The notes: a model not told the origin generated them from the letters alone. A DNA stretch of 62,897 nt, filler included, from a bacterium (GCA_040757115.1; 4 parts of 4 records of this genome joined end to end with filler, not necessarily neighbours in it), one strand, 5' to 3'; shown: positions 10,137-19,923, counted from the first letter of the whole stretch. A program made the numbers and translations.

Positions 10137-12212
10137 TTATATTATCCCCTCCTTTAGACTTTCTTTTAATATATATTTTCTCTCTATATTATTTTTTATT
10201 ATTGTTGGAAGTCTATCGAATAAAAAGGAATATTCTTTTCCATTCTTATCCAATACTCCTAATAGAATGAGATTATCCATATCTTTATCCACCTCATCAA
10301 TTTTAATAACTATTCCTTCGTTCTTCAGGGTATGGTGAATTGTCTCAAAAGAAATAGGTGGTTTCATATTGATAATATTAAAAATGATACTCCGCTTCAG
10401 GTTATCTTTATCAAAGGTTGGCAAAAATATGTTAAGGAGATCCCTCTCAAAATTAGAATCCATATAAATTCTATTAATTAAACTATCCGAGACAATCCTA
10501 TTATTACTCTTTGACAAACTTTCAATCAATTTCTCACAAAAAGCCTGGATACAACTTGGATGAAGTGATACTAAATTAAGAATTTTATCGATATTTTTTA
10601 TAGGGTCTATAAAGCTTACGCCAAGGTTTCCCATTGGTTCTCGAATTAAATTCTCTCCACCTGGTTTGTCTAAGACAGAAAGATGAATAGATTTAGTAAA
10701 GTGATAAAGAGGTGAATCTATATCTTTAGTTTGAAAATATAGCACCTTAAATCCAGCCATAATACATCTACAATAACCGTTAAATGCTAAATCCCTGAGG
10801 GCTGAGATGAGTAAATATCCATTCTTTTTATCTATATCAATAAGATTGTCAATCTCATCCAGCAAAAAGATAACCCTTTCATTTTTAACACTGAAATACC
10901 TAAAAAATGATAACATATCCTTTATTTCCTCCGTTGGGATTTCTAACCGGTGACATACTAATGAGAAGAAGTCTTCATAATCTCTACAAATACTGCAGTC
11001 AATAAAGATAACCTTACTATCTCCATTCTTTTCCATCTCTTTCTTTACTTTTAATAGTAAGGATGTTTTACCCATCCTTCGTCCTCCAACAATGGTATAA
11101 TTTACACCTTTATTCTCCATAAGTTCTTTGATTTCTTTTTGTCTGCCATAGAAATTTTTTGTAGGACCAAGTGAACAATATGGAGATACCTGACGCAAAC
11201 CTATCTGCTCAACTATACATTTGATAAAGGCTTTCTTAGAATCATAGGCAGAAAATACCTTTTTTAAATCCTCCTTATTTAGTACCACAAGTTGATAAGC
11301 AGAATTTTTTACCCATTGCTTAAGTTTTGTAGAATCTTTATCGGCTATGATAAAAGATATATCATTTTGAACCTTTTCTCTTCTGATAATATTTTCTATA
11401 TTCGAAATAATATCCTTATTTATTTCTGGCACTACCATAAATAGAGAATCCTCCTTCTTCATTTTAATTCTCATCCTTTCTATGTCAATCTTAAAATAGA
11501 TTATTTGTTGTGCAGAAACTTGTTTTTTAATCTCAAATCCTACAAATTTCGCCAAATTACCTAATAAGTTAGATAATCTCTCACCATCTCCAGTTTCAAT
11601 TGATTCTAAACTATCAAGAATTGGAGATATAATCCTTCGCCGCTCGTCACTCAATAGTACCTCAGGAAGAATATTATCCTTTCCTATACCTGAAATAGTC
11701 ATTTTTGCTTCTTTTCTGTTGTCAACCACACATTTTTCTAAAATCAACCTAATGTCTTGTAAAGTAAATTCCGAGGTATCTATGACTAAATTCGCCTCTT
11801 TTCTTAATCCTTCTAAATATCTCCGTTCAATTTTAATATTCTCTAATAGTCCTCTCCGTCTTCCCCATGGATGTGGTCTTCCTGTCTTTTCATATCGATG
11901 TTTAATTACCTCATCAGAAGCATCTAAGAATATAAGTTTATAATCAATACCTATTTCAGATAGTTTCTTTAGATTAGAAAATACTCCATTTGAAAGTCCT
12001 ACTTCTCCTGTATCAAGTACAAGACAATAGGATTTTCTCTTACTTTTACCGTTAATACAAGTTCTTACAAATTCTGGTAGTAGAGAGGGAGGTAAATTCA
12101 CTACATGATGATATTCCATATCCTTAAAACATTTTGCCGCTTCGCCTTTACCTGCACCAGAAATACCGGCAATAATAACAAATTTAATCATTTTAGCCAT
12201 TTCATTTGTCAC
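10137..12212 (-). CDS. RapZ N-terminal P-loop domain fused to a STAND-type ATPase
   Basis: N-terminal GISGAGK, VVNLPP, IFLDASDEVIKHRYEKTGRPHP, VIDTS (RapZ/YvcJ-like); C-terminal SPY..GP..NFYGR, VGGRRMGKTSLL, FLLDEID, HP..IQ; GTG start with SD AGGGGG. Confidence 0.82.
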   Translation of the reverse strand: MTNEMAKMIKFVIIAGISGAGKGEAAKCFKDMEYHHVVNLPPSLLPEFVRTCINGKSKRKSYCLVLDTGEVGLSNGVFSNLKKLSEIGIDYKLIFLDASDEVIKHRYEKTGRPHPWGRRRGLLENIKIERRYLEGLRKEANLVIDTSEFTLQDIRLILEKCVVDNRKEAKMTISGIGKDNILPEVLLSDERRRIISPILDSLESIETGDGERLSNLLGNLAKFVGFEIKKQVSAQQIIYFKIDIERMRIKMKKEDSLFMVVPEINKDIISNIENIIRREKVQNDISFIIADKDSTKLKQWVKNSAYQLVVLNKEDLKKVFSAYDSKKAFIKCIVEQIGLRQVSPYCSLGPTKNFYGRQKEIKELMENKGVNYTIVGGRRMGKTSLLLKVKKEMEKNGDSKVIFIDCSICRDYEDFFSLVCHRLEIPTEEIKDMLSFFRYFSVKNERVIFLLDEIDNLIDIDKKNGYLLISALRDLAFNGYCRCIMAGFKVLYFQTKDIDSPLYHFTKSIHLSVLDKPGGENLIREPMGNLGVSFIDPIKNIDKILNLVSLHPSCIQAFCEKLIESLSKSNNRIVSDSLINRIYMDSNFERDLLNIFLPTFDKDNLKRSIIFNIINMKPPISFETIHHTLKNEGIVIKIDEVDKDMDNLILLGVLDKNGKEYSFLFDRLPTIIKNNIERKYILKESLKEGII

Positions 12213-12269
12213 CCCCCTATCATCTTATTTAATATTTCTTAATAAATTTCCCTTTTGTCTTAAAAGAGT

Positions 12270-12286
12270 AGCAAATTTTATGCCAG
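12270..12286 (-). promoter_or_regulatory. Sigma54 (-24/-12) promoter of the signalling operon
   Basis: Minus strand CTGGCATAAAATTTGCT = GG-N10-GC with TGGCA and TTGC boxes, ~60 bp upstream of the first gene. Confidence 0.75.
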
Positions 12287-12537
12287 GGTAGCAGTAAATT
12301 TAGTTTTCATCCCAATAGAGTAAAACAATACATACATTTTTAATCTTATCACTTATCCATGACCAAAATTTCCTATCCGTCCTTTACTATACAAATTTCA
12401 ACTTTCTGCATATACATTTTACCAAAGATTGTATAAAAAAGCAAGTTGTTTTTCAACTGAGCTGATAAATCGAAAGTAAAAATTTACGGATTGGGAGTAA
12501 AGAGTGGATTTGTAAAAAATATGACCGATTAAGTAAT

Positions 12538-14039
12538 CTATCTATTCTCTTTGGGGTGAAGCAGGGCAAGAATTTCTTTTATCGTCTGTCCGTGGGCCTC
12601 CGCAGATTCAAGAATGTTTACGATACGGTTTCTCTCTGCCTCTTTAACTAAATTTCCATATTGCCTCGTGGTAAATAAACCAAGTCCCCCTTTTGGTGTA
12701 TATACAACTATACTTAACCCTCCTAATCCAGTCGCCCATTTTCCTGAAAGTCTATACCTCTGATCCTGCCAGGCATCAGGATGTCTCATCTTCATAATAT
12801 GTTCCGAGTTGTAAAGCATTAACGCAAAAGTAATCCGTGCATTTATCGTATTAAATTTACGACCTGCAAGCCTCTCAATTTTCCATCGCTGGTTAAGTTC
12901 CCTAAACCCCTGATTCTCAATTATCCATCTTGAACGATAATAATTCCTTATTTTAAAAGGGTTCTTTATCGTAGGTAAAGAAGTGATATACTGAACTGGA
13001 CGACGGATACTGCTATCCTCATTATGAAGAGAATTCCCTTTTATGTCCCTCTCATCCGAAACAACTGCATTAGTTAACCCTATTTGATTGCCCTTTTCAT
13101 CATAAAGAGGGATACCTTCAATCCCTGTTGATCTAACCTTTATCTCGCCAAATTGGCTGTGTTCCTCCCTCCTCCATATCCACTTAACATCCCCTCCTTC
13201 TATACACATCTCTATATATTTAACTACCTCAAGCCTTTCATCTCTGGCTCTGGTTACATAATCTATTCCAAAATCCCTCTTTAATCCTGTCAAATATTCA
13301 GCCCCCCACTATCCTCTATCCATGGCTAACACATCCATCCACTCTCTCAATGGTGCAATCTCCTGGTTAAGACGCAAAAGCATCTCACGAAGCATTACCT
13401 TCTCACTGGTCTGAAGCGGTACCAGAGAAAAACCAACTATCCGTTCACGATTAGCCGTTATATTCAACAACAACACCAATTTGTATCCCCTCTTACTTCC
13501 TACTTGCCCAATGTTCTCATACTTCTTCCCATAGGGAATAATTATCTCCATAGCATCTGCAAGGTATACCTTACCACGAATCCAACGTCGTTCCCTCAAT
13601 AGACGAACATGCTTTGTAAAATTATGCAAAACATTTGAAACTCCAATCCTTGCAAGATGATTAGACAGTATCTCAGGATCAATAACCAATTTACCTCTCT
13701 TTTTTGCCAACTCTACATCCTCTACATTAAAAATCCAGCAACTAACATCAATCGTGCATCGGATAATACCTTCCCACACTGACTGATTGCTTCTATATCT
13801 GCTAATTCGCGAAGGATTTCTATACTATTAAGAACTCGGGGAGATTTGCCATTTTCCTTCTTCAACTCTGTAGGCTGCATACTTACCATCGTTTCCCATA
13901 ACCCACTCCTCACCAAAAATTCTATCCAAAAATCATTCTCCCCATAACCTGATAAAACCGCCTCATACTCCTCCTTTTCCACTATTGCTTTCTCACAAAC
14001 AGAATTGTTGTGAAACCAAACCTTATACCCTTTATCCAT
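12538..14039 (-). pseudogene. DDE transposase (IS4-superfamily-like), frameshifted and with an in-frame stop
   Basis: Motifs YLADA, AMDRG*W, YYRSRWIIENQGFRELN; frameshift in a T run near 13730; in-frame TAG at 13309-13311. Confidence 0.85.
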
Positions 14040-14412
14040 CTTTTTCCTCCTCCCTAAAGGGTTCTTTAGATTGTGCCTTTCCTAATTCCCTGAACAATTC
14101 CCTAACTTCATTACTTATCTTCCACCACTTTGTAAGATATCTATTGAATTCGCACCACTGGGAAGTTTCCTTCTTCATCCGTAGCAATTCTTGTTTTTTG
14201 ACATATTTCAATTTGGTTTTCCCAGATATCTTGCCTGATAAATAATAAGCAGAAGAACTTCTCTTCTTTGCTGATGTTCCAAGTCTACGTTTAATCAAAC
14301 ATACCATTATCATCTCTCTGTGTCTTAAAAGAGCTTTTTCCATATCTTGTTTCTCTTCAAGTTTTCTGGAAATTTTCTGTCTTATTTGATTTGCCATTTG
14401 CCTATCTTTCAT
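14032..14412 (-). CDS. Small basic IS-associated protein (DUF6788-like)
   Basis: AYYLSGKISGKTKLKYV pattern; overlaps the transposase start; lies inside the IS inverted repeats. Confidence 0.65.
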   Translation of the reverse strand: MKDRQMANQIRQKISRKLEEKQDMEKALLRHREMIMVCLIKRRLGTSAKKRSSSAYYLSGKISGKTKLKYVKKQELLRMKKETSQWCEFNRYLTKWWKISNEVRELFRELGKAQSKEPFREEEKDG

Positions 14413-14656
14413 AGTATCAGTATTATATATTACTGATACTTGTCAAGAAAAAAATACAGATAGGATAAAAATTTTTTGCCCTATCTGTAACTATTGATAT
14501 TTATTGATGTTACAGAACTTTCGATTTATCAGTCATTTTTGGGAGAAGGGAACTGCATCGTTCCAGTCCCCTTCCCCCAAACCTCTGTCCTCTGCGATAC
14601 GCCTTGACAGCCGTGATAATTGGGTGGTAGGGGATCGCTTTGCTCCCTTTTTTTTA

Positions 14657-15727
14657 TTATATTACGGCTGTTGAATCTTTGGTTATAGGATTATTAAATT
14701 CATCCTGTCGCTCGAGTCTAAATACCTCTGAGACAGTCCCCGCAACCGCAAATTGAGGTGCCAAAAGAAGGACTAAATGCTTTTCAGACGGGGTTAAAAT
14801 ACAGCCGTGTAGAGATATGGTTGTTTGCGTGTCGGAAGTAGCTAAATACGACTGGCTATTGTAAGTTCCAGGGGATTGTCCCACCGGATAATCTAACCAT
14901 AGGTATAGGGTTTGTGTTGCCCCTTGTTCTGAAGTAGCGGGATAAGTGCCCATAGTTTGATAAGTAGGCGTGACGGTATTCTGAAGACTACTCGTATTGG
15001 TTAAGGCATAACCTAACGGGCCAGGCAAGGATATAGTGCCACCATTTTCACCAATAAAATCCTCTGCCTTAATCTGTAAGATATAGTTGCTGTTAGAAAT
15101 AATATTGAGATTAATAGGAGAAGTAAGCGGATTATCATTTGTATCGGCAAAAGAAGAGGTAAAAAAGGCATCCTGGCTATCAATGTTTATCTCGCTGTAA
15201 TAGGCGTTACTAATATTTATTTCACCTGATACATCCTGGGATTGGTTTGTATAACATACGACCACTTTAATCTTCCAATCAGAATTTTGTTGATACCTTG
15301 CTATTTTGCCTGGAGTAAAAACTAATTTCAAAGTTCCTGTCCCGGTAGTAGAAGTAGCAATTTTACAATTATCTTTATCAATAGTCCAGGTAGAACTTAA
15401 TGGACCAACTAATTTCCAGCCGTCATTTTTACTCCATTGATAAGTAGCGTGGTCGATTGAGGTATCTGTTCCTTTTTCTGAATTTGTTGTTCCATCCCAG
15501 ATATAGAAATTAACTCCATAGATAACATCAAATTCATCAAAGACCTGGACCAAAAGTGTCATTTCATCATTTGGAGTCATTTGTGAAGTAGAAGTAGTAG
15601 TTTGGCCGTTATCATCTTCAAAAAGTGTTACTGTTCCTACTTGCGGAATATAAGCCTCGCTGAGATTATAAGTCAGGATTAAAAATCCTATTAAAATAAT
15701 CTGGAGTTTCGTGAATTTATTCATCAT
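14657..15727 (-). CDS. Secreted protein; C-terminally truncated paralog of the 1-1362 gene
   Basis: Signal-peptide-like start; stops 5 codons after the repeat ends, whereas copy 1 continues. Confidence 0.7.
   Translation of the reverse strand: MMNKFTKLQIILIGFLILTYNLSEAYIPQVGTVTLFEDDNGQTTTSTSQMTPNDEMTLLVQVFDEFDVIYGVNFYIWDGTTNSEKGTDTSIDHATYQWSKNDGWKLVGPLSSTWTIDKDNCKIATSTTGTGTLKLVFTPGKIARYQQNSDWKIKVVVCYTNQSQDVSGEINISNAYYSEINIDSQDAFFTSSFADTNDNPLTSPINLNIISNSNYILQIKAEDFIGENGGTISLPGPLGYALTNTSSLQNTVTPTYQTMGTYPATSEQGATQTLYLWLDYPVGQSPGTYNSQSYLATSDTQTTISLHGCILTPSEKHLVLLLAPQFAVAGTVSEVFRLERQDEFNNPITKDSTAVI
14672..15700. repeat. ~1.03 kb direct repeat, copy 2
   Basis: Matches 325-1353. Confidence 0.95.
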
Positions 15728-15873
15728 GGTTTAACCATAACCTTGGAATATAAATTCCAAATTTCAAATAACAAATTCCAAATAAATTCCAAGCACCAAA
15801 TTCCAAAACCTATTGCTTTATCAATTTTGTTAAAGGGAGTTGAATATTTTGCTCAATAATGTCAGATTTAGGT

Positions 15874-15973
15874 NNNNNNNNNNNNNNNNNNNNNNNNNNN
15901 NNNNNNNNNNNNNNNNNTTAATTAATTAANNNNNNNNNNNNNNNNNNNNNNNNNNNNNNNNNNNNNNNNNNNN
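15874..15973. other. Artificial contig spacer
   Basis: N44-TTAATTAATTAA-N44 (stops in all six frames). Confidence 0.98.
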
Positions 15974-16341
15974 GAGAGTGGGGACATTTGGAATCAACCC
16001 CTTTCTTGAAATGGAGAACAGCATATTGTCTCACTTGAGCTAAAATAAAAATAAGGACTTTATGCCCCTAAAACTAAAAAACTTGAACATCGAGTATTAA
16101 AAAATTAATAAACAACGAAAGACCCAAAATGCACAAAAAAAGGAAATTTCTGTCTCTGGTAAATAGATTTTAATTTTTTCTCTGCGTCTCTGTGTCTCTG
16201 CGGTGAACGGTTACAAAAAATCCTGATAATCTGCGTTTATCTGCGTCCAACAAAAAAGAAAATCAGTGTTTCATCCGTGTCCATCTGTGGCTGAACAGTT
16301 ACGAAAAAATAATAAATTTCAACAAACTGGGAGTTATTTTA

Positions 16342-19300
16342 ATGGCAGAATCTAATCAAAATTTCTCATTTGAAAATGATATAGAAGACCTATTGGGTGA
16401 TTTAGGAGTAGTAGTAGAAAAAAAAACGGAATCAGAGGAAGAAAAAATATCTGAATTACCGGCTAAACAAGAAATCTCTCCTACTCCGCCAGAATCACCG
16501 GTTGAACTTGAAGAAGAACCCCCCGCCCCGGCTGAAGAAGAAAAGGTTGCCCCAGAAACTAAAGAAAAAGCACCAGAAGTAAAGGAAGAAGAATTGCCGG
16601 CTAAACAAGAAATCTCCCCTACTCCGCCAGAATCACCGGTTGAACTTGAAGAAGAACTACCCGCCCCGGTTGAAGAAGAAAAGGTTGCCCCGGAAATCGA
16701 AGAAGAAACACCGCAAGTAAAGGAAGAAGAATTGCCGGCTAAACAAGAAATCTCCCCTACTCCGCCACCGTCACCGGTTGAACTTGAAGAAGAACTACCC
16801 GCCCCGGCTGAAGAAGAAAAGGTTGCCCCGGAAATCGAAGAAGAACCACCACAAGTAAAGGAAGAAGAATTGCCGGCTAAACAAGAAATCTCCCCTACTC
16901 CACCAGCATCACCGGTTGAACTTGAAGAAGAACTACCCACGCCGGTTGAAGAAGAAAAGGTTGCCCCGGAAATCGAAGAAGAACCACCACAAGTAAAGGA
17001 AGAAGAATTGCCGGCTAAACAAGAAATCTCCCCTACTCCACCAGCATCACCGGTTGAACTTGAAGAAGAACTACCCACCCCGGTTGAAGAAGAAAAGGTT
17101 GCCCCGGAAATCGAAGAAGAAACACCACAAGTAAAGGAAGAAGAATTGCTGGCTAAACAAGAAATCTCCCCTACTCCGCCAGAATCACCGGTTGAGATTG
17201 AAGAAGAACTACCCGCCCCGGCTGAAGAAGAAAAGGTTGCCCCGGAAATCGAAGAAGAAACACCACAAGTAAAGGAAGAAGAATTGCTGGCTAAACAAGA
17301 AATCTCCCCTACTCCGCCAGAATCACCGGTTGAGATTGAAGAAGAACTACCCGGCCCGGTTGAAGAAGAAAAGGTTGCCCCGGAAATCGAAGAAGAAACA
17401 CCGCAAGTAAAGGAAGAAGAATTGCCGGCTAAACAAGAAATCTCCCCTACCCCGCCAGCATCACCGGTTGAACTTGAAGAAGAACCACCCGCCCCGGCTG
17501 AAGAAGAAAAGGTTGCCCCAGAAACTAAAGAAGAAGCACCAGAAGTAAAGGAAGAAGAATTGCCGGCTAAACAAGAAATCTCCCCTACTCCGCCAGAATC
17601 ACCGGTTGAGATTGAAGAAGAACTACCCGGCCCGGTTGAAGAAGAAAAGGTTGCCCCGGAAATCGAAGAAGAAACACCGCAAGTAAAGGAAGAAGAATTG
17701 CCGGCTAAACAAGAAATCTCCCCTACCCCGCCAGAGTCACCGGTTGAACTTGAAGAAGAACTACCCGTCCCGACTGAAGAAGAAAAGGTTGCCCCGGAAA
17801 TCGAAGAAGAAGCACCAGAAGTAAAGGAAGAAGAATTGCCGGCTAAACAAGAAATCTCCCCTACCCCGCCAGCATCACCGGTTGAACTTGAAGAAGAACT
17901 ACCCGCCCCGGTTGAAGAAGAAAAGGTTGCTCCAGAAATCGAAGAAGAAGCACCAGAAGTAAAGGAAGAAGAATTGCCGGCTAAACAAGAAATCTCTCCT
18001 ACCCCGCCAGCATCACCGGTTGAACTTGAAGAAGAACTACTCGCCCCGGTTGAAGAAGAAAAGGTTGCCCCAGAAACCAAAGAAGAAGCACCAGAAGCAA
18101 AGGAAGAAGAATTGCCGGCTAAAGAAGAAATCTCCCCTACTCCGCCAGTGTCGCCGGTTGAACTTGAAGAAGAACCACCCGCATCCGTAGAACAAGAAAT
18201 ACCTGAATTAGAAGAGACATCGATACCTGTTGAAGAGGAGGTCAAGGAAGAAATTATGCCTGAAGAAAAAATACCTATTATTGAAGAAGAGATACATAAG
18301 GAAGAAGAACATGGAGAGGCGTTTGAAACAATCATTACCGAAGACCACTTTGAAGAAATTAAAGAACTAAAAGAAGAACTCCCACGCCCTCTTCCCAAAA
18401 CTCCAAAACACAAGAAAGAAAAAGTGTCCATTCTCCCATTTTTAAAAAGAGGACTACAAATTCTCTTTTTAGGTATTGTGATAACCGGGATTTTATCATT
18501 GAGTTATCCAGCTTACCTATATTTCTATAAACCATATCAACATTTTAAATCCGGAGCAAATTATATTCAATCTAAAAAATTTGATAAGGCAGAAGATGAG
18601 TTTAAAGAGGGATTAAGTTTTGTTCGAGGGAAAAGAGGGAAGATTAATGCTTATAATCAATTTGGTGAAGTTTATTTAAAGGTAAATGAGTATAAAAAGG
18701 CGGAGCAAAAATTCAATCAAGCCCTTCTTATAGCCCCAGATTACCCTGTTACTAAAAATAATCTTGTCAAACTTCAAATCCAAAAAGGTCATTTAAAAGC
18801 AAGTGAAGAGATGTGTAAAGAGATTTTATCCGCACATCCTACAAATATACCAACTTATGTTAATTTAGCCAGGGTATTACTTATGACTTCACGACCCGAA
18901 GGCGCAGTTAAATGTTTAAAATATGCCCTTTCTGTAAATAAAAAAGATATAGAGGCCTTATCCCTATATCAACATGCGTTAGCTAAAGCAGGTAAACATC
19001 GTGAGTCATTAAGTATTCATCGCTATCTATACCAGCTTGTCAAAGGTAAAAGATTATATTATCCTGATGATTTGACTGATATTGGACACATTTACTTGAA
19101 AAAGGGAGATTTATTTACTTCAGCCGATATTTTTCACCTGGTCTTAAGACATTATCCCAAACACAGTCGGGCAAGATTTCTATTATCTCAAGTATTACTT
19201 AAGGAATACAAGGTAGATGAGGCAATAAAAGAGCTTGAAAAAACAACGAAATATAATCCAAACTACGACCCTGCTTATACGCTTTTAGGTCAGGTTTATT

Positions 19301-19923
19301 ATGATAAAAAGATATACGATAAGGCATTAATCCGATTTCATAGAGCGACTATGATTAATCCTGAAAACAATGCGGCTTTTGAAGGAATGGGAAATGTTTA
19401 TTATTATCATTTAAATGCCTATAAGGAGGCGGCAAATGCCTATGCAAAAGTAAAAACAACTTCACTTCAAACAAAGTATAATTTAGCTACCTGTTTTTAT
19501 AAAACAGGTCAATTTGATAAAGCCCTTGAACTGTGGAAAAGATTTCCACCAATTCCTGTAATTAACTATAATCTGGCTAATACCTATGTCCAGTTACATA
19601 ATTTAGACCAGGCAATGAAAGAATATGAAGATTTGATAAATTTTTATAAAGAGAAGATAAAAGCAAGTGCTATTCAACGAGAAAGAAAGGAGATGTATCA
19701 AGAATTAAGCGAGATTTATAATAATGTCGGGGTAGTGACCGAATTACAAGGAGAAGGTAAAAAGGCACTTTCTTACTATTGGCAAGCATTAGAATTTGCC
19801 TCTTTAGCCGATGGAGAAAATAAACCCGCCTACAATAACCTTAATCGAACCTTTAACTTAGAAGGTTTAAGTTCTGTTACTCAAGCACTAAATGATGTAA
19901 AAAAGGTAACCGTTCAACCATAG
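16342..19923 (+). CDS. Membrane-anchored TPR protein with a long acidic Pro/Glu repeat region
   Basis: 46-aa repeats, one TM (ILFLGIVITGILSLSYPAYLYF), many TPR-like motifs (AYNQFGEVY, AYTLLGQVY, YNLANTY, YNNVGVV). Confidence 0.9.
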   Translation: MAESNQNFSFENDIEDLLGDLGVVVEKKTESEEEKISELPAKQEISPTPPESPVELEEEPPAPAEEEKVAPETKEKAPEVKEEELPAKQEISPTPPESPVELEEELPAPVEEEKVAPEIEEETPQVKEEELPAKQEISPTPPPSPVELEEELPAPAEEEKVAPEIEEEPPQVKEEELPAKQEISPTPPASPVELEEELPTPVEEEKVAPEIEEEPPQVKEEELPAKQEISPTPPASPVELEEELPTPVEEEKVAPEIEEETPQVKEEELLAKQEISPTPPESPVEIEEELPAPAEEEKVAPEIEEETPQVKEEELLAKQEISPTPPESPVEIEEELPGPVEEEKVAPEIEEETPQVKEEELPAKQEISPTPPASPVELEEEPPAPAEEEKVAPETKEEAPEVKEEELPAKQEISPTPPESPVEIEEELPGPVEEEKVAPEIEEETPQVKEEELPAKQEISPTPPESPVELEEELPVPTEEEKVAPEIEEEAPEVKEEELPAKQEISPTPPASPVELEEELPAPVEEEKVAPEIEEEAPEVKEEELPAKQEISPTPPASPVELEEELLAPVEEEKVAPETKEEAPEAKEEELPAKEEISPTPPVSPVELEEEPPASVEQEIPELEETSIPVEEEVKEEIMPEEKIPIIEEEIHKEEEHGEAFETIITEDHFEEIKELKEELPRPLPKTPKHKKEKVSILPFLKRGLQILFLGIVITGILSLSYPAYLYFYKPYQHFKSGANYIQSKKFDKAEDEFKEGLSFVRGKRGKINAYNQFGEVYLKVNEYKKAEQKFNQALLIAPDYPVTKNNLVKLQIQKGHLKASEEMCKEILSAHPTNIPTYVNLARVLLMTSRPEGAVKCLKYALSVNKKDIEALSLYQHALAKAGKHRESLSIHRYLYQLVKGKRLYYPDDLTDIGHIYLKKGDLFTSADIFHLVLRHYPKHSRARFLLSQVLLKEYKVDEAIKELEKTTKYNPNYDPAYTLLGQVYYDKKIYDKALIRFHRATMINPENNAAFEGMGNVYYYHLNAYKEAANAYAKVKTTSLQTKYNLATCFYKTGQFDKALELWKRFPPIPVINYNLANTYVQLHNLDQAMKEYEDLINFYKEKIKASAIQRERKEMYQELSEIYNNVGVVTELQGEGKKALSYYWQALEFASLADGENKPAYNNLNRTFNLEGLSSVTQALNDVKKVTVQP
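16453..18190 (+). repeat. 138-bp coding tandem repeat, ~12.5 units
   Basis: GGCTAAACAAGAAATCTC recurs every 138 bp; unit LPAKQEISPTPPxSPVELEEELPAPVEEEKVAPEIEEETPQVKEEE. Confidence 0.95.

Larger units (their letters stand above)
12462..14532 (-). mobile_element. Inactivated insertion sequence (DDE transposase plus small upstream ORF)
   Basis: Perfect 16-bp terminal inverted repeats CTGATAAATCGAAAGT (12462-12477) and ACTTTCGATTTATCAG (14517-14532) enclosing the transposase pieces. Confidence 0.85.

Noticed and set aside
2258-11943. Plus-strand ORFs overlapping the signalling operon (e.g. 5663-6211, 7865-8524)
   Set aside because: Antisense shadows of well-supported minus-strand genes
13309-13311. 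Stop-codon readthrough or recoding in the transposase
   Set aside because: The same gene also has a frameshift and TAG ends other genes normally; simple decay is more likely
14540-14656. Group II intron end or riboswitch in the GC-rich hairpin region beside the IS
   Set aside because: Hairpins are present, but I could not identify a domain V or any known aptamer consensus
325-15700. Diversity-generating retroelement (TR/VR pair) as the explanation for the 1 kb repeats
   Set aside because: Differences are not restricted to adenines, the repeat is far longer than a typical TR, and no reverse transcriptase is visible
16453-18190. CRISPR array (also considered for 53500-54546)
   Set aside because: Units are in-frame coding repeats without unique spacers; no cas genes seen
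16356-18431. 691-aa Ser/Gly-rich minus-strand ORF
   Set aside because: Antisense shadow of the Pro/Glu coding repeat
16342-19923. Assignment as the spirochaete flagellar collar protein FlcA or as FimV/HubP
   Set aside because: Only the general architecture is similar; there is no motif-level support or flagellar context here
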